Positions 1-9,987 of a stretch of 20,000 nt of DNA are shown here, one piece after another. This DNA is from Atractiella rhizophila (taxonomy: Eukaryota). The stretch is taken from assembly GCA_021432655.1 (NCBI GenBank), contig MU271405.1:49891-69890 (forward strand), written 5' to 3'. Both the position numbers and the translations under genes were made by a program. Below the pieces are notes generated by a model. The model saw only the letters and a list, made by a program, of their open reading frames with translations, was not told the DNA's origin and did not search any database. Position 1 is the stretch's first letter. Each line of letters begins with the position of its first letter.

Positions 1-1090
1 CCATCAAAACCTCAAATTCATTTCAATTTCAAGAAAACTGCGGTACATGCTTGCAGAACAGGTTATTACAGTGACGCAAAAACAGTGGAGAAAGAGGCGA
101 CAACAAAACGCGACCATCAGAAACCTCAACAGAGTCTGCATAATTCTCATCCTCGCTATAGCGGTCATCATATAGCCCCATAGCTAATGAATAAGGATGA
201 CGAATGCAAATTCATCATTTGGTCACAGAAATTTGTTTCCCGATGAAAAGAAAATAAATATCGGACAAAAGTAGATCATACAACTCCTTTCTCTGGTAAA
301 TAACTTGCAAAAGCCTGGGGAAAGCAAGAAGCTGAGGTCACATGGACTGGCAGACAGGACAGTAATACAAGATTCTAGATTGCAAAGGACATCGAACGAC
401 ATGACCCTTGAATAGAGTCGAATACCAAAAGATAACTGGTCCGTTATCGGTACATTGTTTGACTGCAAGACAAGACCAATCTTCAAAGCATCACGCAGCG
501 CGAAACACGAATACAGAGAAACAGAGTTGAGAGAACAAGAAAGTACGCGAACTGATATTCGAAAGTGCATGTCCCCTCAGTTTACAAGATTTATAGACTG
601 CGGTCAGAAAGACTGCTTCGGAGGGAGATGAGGGTACTCGAATGCGCGTGCCCTTTTGTAAGAATGGGCGAGACAGGAATACATGCCAGCACATCGCCAG
701 GAGATACGCGATACTCATCAGAGCCCGCTTCTAAGTATGCATTTGCCCGACACGGAGGCCATAGAACAATCAAATGCTGTATTTCGCACCCCATTTACAT
801 TTCTTCGAAGCCCACAAAATCGGGACAGACCTTATCCTTCCTCACTCCTGGAACTCTACTTTCTCCTTGCAACAATTCAATCAATGTTAGATATCATTTC
901 TGCCTACGAAGCTCCCACCGTTCTCTACATGCTTGCACTTCTCTAAATTGAAAAGCTGGATACAGGGTCGTGGTTGTTGAAAGTATCGACGGTGGTGAAA
1001 TGCGAGGGTTTTAGTCTCTGTCTGATCTCACTACATTATCACTACATTAAGCGAAACAGCAAAGTCTACTTTCTACACCACCTCGCAAAC

Positions 1091-1438
1091 ATGGCGCACG
1101 GCTCCCACGCTCATACACCACCCTGGAACGGTCGTGGTCCTCGCCCCTTTAACCCTGCCCTTCCTGGTCGGTTTTATACCTGGAGCGCCAAACTGCTCGG
1201 TATGCTTTATGTCACTATGCTGTTGAGTATTCTGACAGTCTTTGGGGAAGGCGGTTCTATGTGGTTCTTCTTGCTCTATCGGCTGAGAGAAGACGGAAAG
1301 GTTGTATTTGTACGTTTATTGGTTCATCTCAGACATTTGTTTCATCTTAACAATCCCCGTTGCTTGTAGGGCATCGAACACCCTTTCGCAAACGGCCATG
1401 GGAAGGATGGGCATGGAGAAGAGAACAACCATCATTAG
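1091..1438 (+). CDS. NDUFB2: NADH:ubiquinone oxidoreductase (complex I) accessory subunit, NDUFB2/AGGG-like, 3 exons
   Basis: ATG at 1091. Introns 1200-1250 (GTATGC..AAG) and 1310-1369 (GTACGT..TAG). Spliced product: MAHGSHAHTPPWNGRGPRPFNPALPGRFYTWSAKLLGGSMWFFLLYRLREDGKVVFGIEHPFANGHGKDGHGEENNHH*. This matches the fungal NDUFB2 pattern LGxxMWFFxxYRxxxDGxxxxGxxHP[WF]. Confidence 0.85.
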
Positions 1439-1765
1439 AACAATTTATTATGTTTAAAAGCCAAGAAACGTTGCTATAAAGCACGAATAGTGAGAAGCGA
1501 TTGCGAAACATTGGTGAGTTCTTCTGACGTGAAACAATCAAGGGTTGAGGAGACAATGGTGAGCAAGTGAGTTCCATGAATCATTGATCTCGCAAGGCTT
1601 TAGATATGGCCGAGCTTTGTTAGCATGCGGAATGAAATCCGTCGTGGAACAAAGTAATTCAAACAACAACAGTGGTTTCGCTCTTTTCGTCCTACTTCAT
1701 CTTCTGCTGCACTATAAAGGCGTTAGTTTCAATCACAAAAAATGATGATGAACCCTACCATCCAG

Positions 1766-2023
1766 CTACGCCTTGAATCGTTTCAGTTGTTCCTTCTCAT
1801 ACTCGGCGTATTCTCTGCCATACCTCTCCTCGTCCGCCCTGGCTCTTCCTGTGTACACAGCCAAAAGGATCACGGCTGCATCTTTTCCATACTTCGCATC
1901 GAACGTCAAAAGGTTCCAATGCGTTTGTATTCCCTTCAAATCCGCGTTAGGATTTTCCTTCAGCGTGTCCGAAAAGTATATTTCTTTGGCTGTCCGTATG
2001 GGCCGTGGAGGCGAAAGAACCAT
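1766..2023 (-). CDS. small single HMG-box-like protein with a 10-aa insertion
   Basis: ORF PPRPIRTAKEIYFSD..ENPNADLKGIQTHWNLLTFDAK[YGKDAAVILL]AVYTGRARADEERYGREYAEY fits HMG-box helices 1-3 (PxRP, ENP, WxxLxxxxKxxYxxxAxxDxxRYxxExxEY). A possible intron near the stop (CTAAC..TAG acceptor ~1715) makes the 3' end uncertain. Confidence 0.7.
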   Translation of the reverse strand: MVLSPPRPIRTAKEIYFSDTLKENPNADLKGIQTHWNLLTFDAKYGKDAAVILLAVYTGRARADEERYGREYAEYEKEQLKRFKA

Positions 2024-2112
2024 CGTGGTTTGTCTCTATTGATCTAGGGAGGTATGAGGGAGATCTTTTTGGTTGCTCAATTGGAAGTAGAGGTCTGGAG
2101 TCGACGATTGGG

Positions 2113-2119
2113 TTTTATA
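2113..2119 (-). promoter_or_regulatory. putative TATA box of the HMG-box gene
   Basis: TATAAAA on the minus strand about 90 nt upstream of the ATG at 2023. Confidence 0.35.
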
Positions 2120-2513
2120 CAGAAGTATGTGCGATAGTCACCGTGCGAGACGTTGTGAAGTGAGCAGTTCTTGTCTGCTGCTTGTCCATTCGCGGTCAAG
2201 GAGCAAGGAAATAAGGACAACAAGGAGTATCAGGCATTTGTAGTCTCAGACTTCTCCGTACGCCTTGCAATAGGGGGAAGCTTGCCGAATGCTACAAAGC
2301 GCCTGCACCATACATTCAGTCACTAGGGAAGACCTAACATTCGAGTCCGAGTCCGCTGGCTTTGACGAAGTGAATAAACAATCCTTTCAAGGTAAGGCTA
2401 TAAACAGTTCTCTATCCTTTGCTATACTATTCGGTTGCCATTGCTCTAACGATCATCCAGCGCTTTTCTGTTTAGCCATGCATCAGTTATGCGGATGGGA
2501 AGTCAGGATGTCC

Positions 2514-4044
2514 TCACCCCGTCCGTGGAACCTCCTCCTCCTCGTTTATAGAGCCCACTAAGCTCACTGGAATTGGAGGATCGACTTGCAGGTGTCGAGA
2601 AATTGGTCCATTGCGTCCAGAGAGCGATGAGATCCGCTTTTTGCTCGTTTCATCATTCGAACTTGATCCCTCACTTGTGAACGGCCCTGATCGTCCATCG
2701 CCAGAGTTGGTCGGACTAAAAAACGAGTTCTGATCTGATCCAGCACATTAGCTTTTATAGGAATTAAAATACAGGAGGCTCACTTTTCTCATTCTTGAAG
2801 TACTTCGAAATTCCCCTTCCCATCCCAAAATTAGTCGAAGTTGGCGCGTCTGGAGGCGTCCGAGGTCGATTGTTCGAAGGAAGTGGAGGGACTCCTTGAT
2901 CCAATGCGGGTGACCCAGGAGTGTAACCAGATTCAGGAAACATGGTGCTGCTAGGCCTGACACGATTGGTAGCTTCTGTTCGCTCCGGAAGTTCCCTCGA
3001 CTCGACGTCCTTTTGAGAAAGTCCTGATGGCAGTTGAGAACCTAGAAGGATTACGAGGAACGAGAAGGCGTATATCGACGGGAGCAGAACCAAGAATAAG
3101 AGGCTCCATTGTGAACTACCCACTGGTTGCCCATGCTCCCAGATGGCTAAACCCAGCGTGACCAACTGGGTCGACAGAATAAGGAGTCCGCTGTAGATGA
3201 TAAACATTATCGCGTTGTCGAGCGTGAAACGAATGCGACTAGATGGGGAGATTAAGGATTTATTGACGTGTCGAAGTTCCATGATGAGAAAAAAGCACAA
3301 GCTGAAATCGACTGCTAACGACAGGGACAGCCAAGCAAGGAGCACGGCTGCATAGGTATTCGTACGATGGATCACGCCAGCGTGGAATACGGCGATAATC
3401 GTCTGTGACAAGCCAAGAACAAAGCCTACAACCACGCCAAACAGTGTAAGCGAGAGGGTGATGTTTAACCACAATCGACGCCATTTGATAATCTTGCTTA
3501 TTTGCCAACCACCTAATCTTGTGTCAGTTCAGCACTTCTATTCTGAAACATGAGCTGCAAACGGTAGCAAAGGAACAGCTGGCACTGTGACTGAAGCAAC
3601 ACAGATGTTATCCCTGATGCCATAGATACGCCTCGATCCCCTGGGTTCATAATGTAGACGAAATCCCCCCATCGGATGGCGTGAAGGAGGCATAGCTAAA
3701 GTAGACATCAACATGCAAAATGAGAAGGGATTTAAACCGTAAAAACTTACCCTGAGAATAATTGTAATAATGAATGTAGTTTCACAGCAGGCCACGAACA
3801 GGACCACTGCCTTCATCATAAAAAAGCGTTTGCCTTTGAAGTATCGAAAGTAGCGACCAGAAAGCTGCAAGATCACCCCGAGCATCAAGCAAGATATAAA
3901 ACCTCCCAACAAGCTTGCAAGGAGCTGGCTACCTCCCACCTAGTACAAGTGCCGTTAAGACAACGCACAGCACCTGGGAAGGACAGCAATGCTCACATGA
4001 GTGCCTGGAGGCAACTGGAAGACAGGACCAGCTTCAGAGCTCAT
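2514..4044 (-). CDS. multi-pass (about 6-7 TM) membrane protein, DUF6534-type basidiomycete family, with a disordered Ser/Pro-rich C-tail; 5 exons
   Basis: ATG at 4044. Four GT-AG introns join MSSEAGPVFQLPPGTH|VGGSQLLASLLGGFISCLMLGVILQLSGRYFRYF..MKAVVLFVACCE..LR|LCLLHAIRWGD..QCQLFLCYR|GWQISK..WLSLSLAVDFSLCFFLIMELR..SGLLILSTQL..LPSIYAFSFLVILL..KNEK|NQNSFFSP..EEEEVPRTG*. Motifs LG..LxG..Q..RYF, QxFxxYRxW, W...D and YxxSxL fit this family. Confidence 0.75.
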
Positions 4045-4649
4045 AACATTCGCGATGGGGAATGAATCAACAAGGGATCGTGAGCAGCTTCCTTGCTGTC
4101 TCTTCTTCAGCTCACAGACAGACGGTAATTTTGCCGAAAAGAGAAGCAGTAGGAGAAACGCAGTGATAACGTTTGGTTTGCATCATGAGGTTAACCCATC
4201 CGATCCACTGGCAGCTCGGCCGCAAGAAGAAGTTCTTTCCGGCATTGTCGATTTTGATTCTTAGTTCTTGGTCAACATGATCGTCTGGGGTGGAGGCAAA
4301 GGTGAGTGTCACTTGATCTTCGCTAAAGTCCAATGGCTTCATGGCATGCATTAATAAGAATGGCGTGTTCAAGCTTCGTCCACCTAAGATCAAAGACGAG
4401 GGAATGTAATCAAAGTGCCAGATTATCACTTTATTACGATCAGTACCGTTTCATCTTTCAGAACTTTTCTCTCCCATAGAAATCTATCAGCGAGTCGTGA
4501 TTTCCGAAAATGAACTGGGTTAAAAAGTACTAAAGAGGGAGGTCATCATTATTTCGCGGCAGTATCAAATAGTCCATCCAATCCTCCATGAAGGTGTCTC
4601 TCAAGCAAGTACAGAAATCCAGCATTCTCATACACGAAGAGCCATTGAC

Positions 4650-5926
4650 TTAGGCGAATTGTAACTGACATCCTACATCGTTAAGGAGGTTTCCGCTCTC
4701 CCTTTTTCCGTACACCACGTCGGATTGAGTGATCCTATATGAAGAAGGGATTACTGCCTCCTCTGTTACAGCCAGTCAGATGCTTACCTCGAGTTGAATT
4801 TGAGGATGCTCTTGTAAGCGAGGTATTGATCGACCGAGATCTCGAGCGGCTTGTCGACCACGTACCAAGAGACACCCTTTCCACGGGAACAAATTCACGC
4901 CAAGTTAAAGTGGTAAAGGGAAACGAAACGCACCTCAGAGCATGGGGGTGTGGTCAAGGATCCAGCATAAGTGAAAATGGTGCTTTCAACGAAGGCTTTC
5001 CTCAGGCCCCTATACATGGAGCGAAATCAGGATTAGTTTGTAACAGCGAGATAAAGACTGACGAATAATCGAGGGCTTCAATCTCGGCTTCTGAATCAAT
5101 CTCTCCCAAGGATGATAGGTACGGTTCAATAGCTTGGAATACTGCATCGCCTGGCCCATTAGACAGCTCAACGACAAAGCCTAGGACGGCGGATTTGGGT
5201 GCTACCATTCCAACAAGCGGGAGCAGAATTAGATACACTTGTGGTGCAGAGAGAAAAGCAAAGCGCACGAGTATCAGCGGTGCGGAAAACGAAGTGAATT
5301 TCCATGGGATAGTGCACTGCGTCAGGTGGTTAGTTACATCAGGGAGAGGATGGTAGGAGCTAGAGAGGTAACGGAGAACTTACTGTCGTTAATTCTGTGT
5401 TCGGAAGGAGTATGGTGGTGCCATTGAGCGAGGGTATAAAGCTATCGCAAAATTTATAAATGCCCACAGTCTCAAGATAGAAAAAGCAGAGTGTTACCTC
5501 GCCATTAAAAACTGCTTGTGTCCTCTCCTCTCCTTCGGGTTCTTCATCTAATTCGATCGTCAACCCATCATACGTGATTTTTCTCTTAATGCTATCGATG
5601 AGATTGAGCTGGGTGGTAAGCGCCCATTCGCTTTCATCCGTGGCGATATTCGTAGGCGACTGGTTCTGACCAGTGCTGCAAAGCGTGTTGTTCGCGTTCA
5701 GATTCGCCCAGTTCAGAGGGCCAGTCACGCCACTATAGCCAAACGGAAGTTCTCCAGCACCATCGGGGTCCCGGCGCGACTGTGAGTGTGAGTGCAAGGC
5801 TTTGATGGCTGATGCACCGACGTGGCTTGCCCGTTTGACGTTTGAGATGAAGTTGGGATTTGGACTGGGAAATGCTTGAGCTGTGAGCGCAAAGGCGAAG
5901 AGAGGGAGTGTGTTTGCGACCTTCAT
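4650..5926 (-). CDS. secreted alpha-class carbonic anhydrase, 7 exons
   Basis: Signal peptide MKVANTLPLFAFALTAQA. Motifs FGYSGVTGPLNW, CSTGQNQSPTNI, QWHHHTPSEHRIN, YPMEIHFV, AVLGF, YAGSLTTPPCSE|GVSWYV and KFNSR. All three Zn-binding His are present. Six GT-AG introns splice in frame; stop TAA at 4650-4652. Confidence 0.95.
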
Positions 5927-6916
5927 GTTGAGGATTGTTGAAGAATAATTGAGATGATGCTAGGATGTGTGAAGATAGGAAAAGCTGGAATGAGGAATGG
6001 CTCTTGAGGAAGCAGGCGTATTTTATGTCGTTTGGTCCGCTGGAAAACAAGACCTGAATGCTTGGTGTCGTAAAATACTCAACTAGGATAAATGAAGCAG
6101 AAGAGCTAGGCGAAGAGGGACGATGTGCCCGAGGTCATTCGACTTTTCACTGTTTTCTTTGGATGTGACATCTTGGCAAGCATCCCACCTGCTCCTTGGC
6201 GTCCCCAAATGCAGTTTACCAATCAATTGAGGAACAGACAACGAAGCAGGAATCCGGTGAAGGCGCGGGAGATACTGCACGCCTCCTTGAGCACCTACAT
6301 GATGCGACATCGCACCCAAGCAATCCTGGAACGGGATTCCCGCCTAACCCGACGATGGCTGACACGCTGACACATGATGGAAAAAGACAGCGGAAACGTG
6401 AGCCAGAGATACGGCATCCGGTGCAAACGGCATGAGATCGAGCCATTCTGTCGGCTCAATTCATGACTGCACTTTTGGTCAGCTTTTGACCGTGGCTCGT
6501 CCCAAGGGAAACTCATATCCCTTCTCCAAGTAAGCGCATTTACAGATGCGGAGGCACATTCAGACCTTCAATGAAGACAATGGTTGAAAAAGGCTTGGTA
6601 AGGCGGAAGAAAGCAGGATGACCGTTTCTCGCGTCGGAACGCCTCCGCTGCCTTTGGAATCTCCATCGGCAGAACAAGCAAAGTGGGATGTAAGGCTTTC
6701 ATGCCTAGTCCACGGCATTTCCATCAGCGTTGTTGCTGCAAATCTCGTCTTTTGGATGTTGTGACAATACAACGGTTTTAGTCCCGTGATTTAGTGTCCG
6801 CATTTCCCTTGTTTCCAGGGGAACCTTGTTCTCACACTTCGAACCTTTTTTCCTCCTTTCTCCCGCTCCAGCACTGTCGTGACAGCCTACTGGGTTCTGG
6901 CTTCAAGCACATCTAA

Positions 6917-7712
6917 ATGTCTCAAGAAGGCTCAACGCAAGGCTACAATGCCTATCAAGACGAAGAAGGGGAGGACGTATCAATGGACCAGGTTGAACGA
7001 CCAACTGGAAATACGAACGGGGCTGGGACTGGGAACGCGACCGCGAGCACGAGCACGGTGCCTCAACCTCAAGCGGTGACATCGCGTCCACAGGCTGCAG
7101 AGGCGAGCGGGAGCGGGAGTGGGAAGGTTGTGCATGGACCTGGACCGAAGCCTGATATCGTGTCGAGGAATAGGTTGAAGGCGAAATATGCTGAGCTGCA
7201 GAAACAGTATCACGTCGTTTTCGAGGTCAGTCTCCTTTCAATCTCCCCATGAGCGAGTCTTTCTCCATCCTCAAGATTTGGATTTGCATGGATGAGAAAT
7301 AAACTGACGGTTCACGTGTGGATAGGAGCATGAGAGGAAGAGGAAGGAGTTAGAATCGAAAGAGGCGAAATGTGCGCTATTGCAGAACGAAATCGAGTAC
7401 GTCCTTCCCCCCTCATCGGACCGATATAATCTAATTCCCTCCCTCTCCGTTCGTCAAAGTCTAATCCTCGATCAAATTTACGCTGCTGACTATGCGTCTG
7501 GGGCGAAACGGCTGCCTCCCACGCTCCTATACGATTCAGACGACGAGCAATCTGGTTCTCCTAGCGCCCCGAAAAAGGAAAAGGGAACAGAGGACGTGAA
7601 AATGGAAGAGGAGGAAGGGACGTCGAAGTTGAGGATTCATGATTTGTTAGAGGTATGCTACTTACTTCAATTCTAATTGACAAACTGTTGATTATTTGGG
7701 TTGTAGCGATAA
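6917..7712 (+). CDS. small coiled-coil protein, possibly Iec3-like subunit of the INO80 complex; 4 exons
   Basis: Introns 7226-7325, 7397-7459 and 7653-7706 splice in frame to give ..RLKAKYAELQKQYHVVFE|EHERKRKELESKEAKCALLQNEID|LILDQIY..SKLRIHDLLE|R*. The KY..(coiled coil)..ExDxxLD spacing resembles IEC3 as I recall it. The gene model is good; the family call is tentative. Confidence 0.6.
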
Positions 7713-8020
7713 CGAGGATTGGGCCTTGACATTCAGGATTGGTTTTGTCATCAGCTTTCATCGTGTGCAAGTGTACAACAGACAGATGGTAGTTTTGAAT
7801 GAGCACTGACGACTGAAGCTGAAGACGGAGAAGGTCTCTTAAAATAATCACTTCATCATCAAATCCAACCCACTCAATCCCAAACCGAAACCAACACAGC
7901 AGACGATCAAAACGATACTGTATGTCGAAACTAATAACAATAAAAATTTGTGCTAGAAATTGTAAATCAAATAAGGAGTTGGTCATTTCCTGTTGGTGAA
8001 CCACGATTGTACGTAGACGC

Positions 8021-8633
8021 TTAATCTGGTGGCGTTTCACCAACAACCTGCGGAGGTTTATCTACAGCTCGTGGTCTCTTCCTCTATCCAACCCAAAACA
8101 TCAGATCCAATCCCATCAGTAAGCTAGAGAAATCAAGACTCACATGAACACCCTTCCTCTCCCTCTCCCTCTTACTCTTCCTTCTAACCGGCTGAACATC
8201 CCTCTCCCCCTCCTCCCTCTCCCTAAAATCATAAGCTCTCCAAGCCCAATCCACATCCTCCTCCAGCGGCAAATAATTATTGAGCAGCGCATACGTCTCT
8301 AGCTTCTGTTGGAGTGGTGTCCGCTTCAGTGGCTTGAGTGGAGGGGGTGAGGAGGAACGTGGAGAAGAGAATGGGGAGACGGAAGGAGAGGAGGTGCCTT
8401 GACTTGAGGTCTCGTAGTCGGCATATCCTGATGATTGACTTAGGTTCGAACAACCTGACCTAACGCTCCAGGACGTTGATGGTGCCCTTGTCCGCATTGT
8501 CGTACGCGATAGCGGTCGCTCATACCCCCTAGATTTTGAGAATGGAGATGGAGAGGAGGATGGGGACGAGGAGGAGGAGGAAGTGAGGGAGGCGGCGAGG
8601 GGAGAAGAGGAGGAAGGCTCGATCGTTATCTTG
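8021..8633 (-). CDS. hypothetical Ser/Pro-rich low-complexity protein with a basic C-terminus; start codon uncertain
   Basis: Open frame of about 180 codons. An intron (GTGAGT at 8143 to GATAG ending 8084) joins ..RKGVH|RKRPRAVDKPPQVVGETPPD*. There is an acceptor-like TTTTACAG at 8634-8641, and the first in-frame ATG is only at 8497. Confidence 0.55.
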
Positions 8634-9365
8634 CTGTAAAATTTAGAGGTGATGTTGAGCACACGTCTTTATTCTCTCTTGTTTAGCAGCAAGCTATAAC
8701 CTCCCTCGCCAGTACTACGGTTTTAGGCTTGTTCACAGCTAGTGGGTTGAGAAAATAGCAGTTAGGACGTCTAGGAAGGGGAGGGAGATAGACTCGGTAG
8801 CTATATATGTAATAGTTATCTGGAGGTTGCAGTCGAACTGACGTCGTCTGGGGTCGAGCGAATACGACTGCGAATATTCAAAAAGCCGCGAAGGTGTTGA
8901 CGTTCTCAGAAAAACGCTCCTTCACCTTTGCCCCAGCACTAAAATAAACTGTCGCAAATAAGGAGACCCTTGTAGATGTGACTCCGTAGACATACTACCT
9001 CCCTCTCCACACTATAGATGACAGGTACTCCGCTCTTTCGCTCTTTCCGCTCAGGACTAGAAAAGTACGGTCCAAAACCCCGCAGTTGCGAGCTTCCTCA
9101 GAGATAGAAGGGGGTAGTCTGTGTGGTTGTGGGGTGTGGCGATGGGTGCGGAGGTCGTACATTGCGATCAGGAGGGAAGCGCAGTAGATGAGGAAGGGAG
9201 CGTAGGAGTAGCTGGGGTTGAGGTTTCGAGGTTGGGCAGGGAAGGCGGAGTCTTAGCAAGAGGTAGTGGGAGCAGCCGGGAAGGAGGTAGAGGAGCGGTA
9301 GGGCGAGGGCGAGGGCCTGCGGTCAGTGAAGTAGAGAGGAGAGTGGTCGCAGCCTCTTACGTGTC

Positions 9366-9956
9366 NNNNNNNNNNNNNNNNNNNNNNNNNNNNNNNNNNN
9401 NNNNNNNNNNNNNNNNNNNNNNNNNNNNNNNNNNNNNNNNNNNNNNNNNNNNNNNNNNNNNNNNNNNNNNNNNNNNNNNNNNNNNNNNNNNNNNNNNNNN
9501 NNNNNNNNNNNNNNNNNNNNNNNNNNNNNNNNNNNNNNNNNNNNNNNNNNNNNNNNNNNNNNNNNNNNNNNNNNNNNNNNNNNNNNNNNNNNNNNNNNNN
9601 NNNNNNNNNNNNNNNNNNNNNNNNNNNNNNNNNNNNNNNNNNNNNNNNNNNNNNNNNNNNNNNNNNNNNNNNNNNNNNNNNNNNNNNNNNNNNNNNNNNN
9701 NNNNNNNNNNNNNNNNNNNNNNNNNNNNNNNNNNNNNNNNNNNNNNNNNNNNNNNNNNNNNNNNNNNNNNNNNNNNNNNNNNNNNNNNNNNNNNNNNNNN
9801 NNNNNNNNNNNNNNNNNNNNNNNNNNNNNNNNNNNNNNNNNNNNNNNNNNNNNNNNNNNNNNNNNNNNNNNNNNNNNNNNNNNNNNNNNNNNNNNNNNNN
9901 NNNNNNNNNNNNNNNNNNNNNNNNNNNNNNNNNNNNNNNNNNNNNNNNNNNNNNNN
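9366..9956. other. assembly gap (591 N)
   Basis: run of N. Confidence 1.
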
Positions 9957-9987
9957 CGCCTGTCAGAACAAAGAAACTTTCGCAACG

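Noticed and set aside
223..951. Several overlapping 67-128 aa ORFs on both strands
   Set aside because: No recognisable motif or consistent splice model. It may be decayed coding sequence, but I cannot support that.
4112..4429. 105-aa minus-strand ORF upstream of the membrane protein gene
   Set aside because: Non-ATG start, no motif; probably promoter or 5' UTR sequence.
6083..6772. Short ORFs between the carbonic anhydrase and Iec3-like genes (e.g. 6196-6435)
   Set aside because: Mostly non-ATG starts and no motifs; they lie in a divergent intergenic/promoter region.
8990..9250. Minus-strand frame LIYCASLLIAMYDLR.. as a possible LINE ORF2 C-terminus
   Set aside because: No RT, endonuclease or Zn-knuckle motif and no poly-A tail; the resemblance is too weak.
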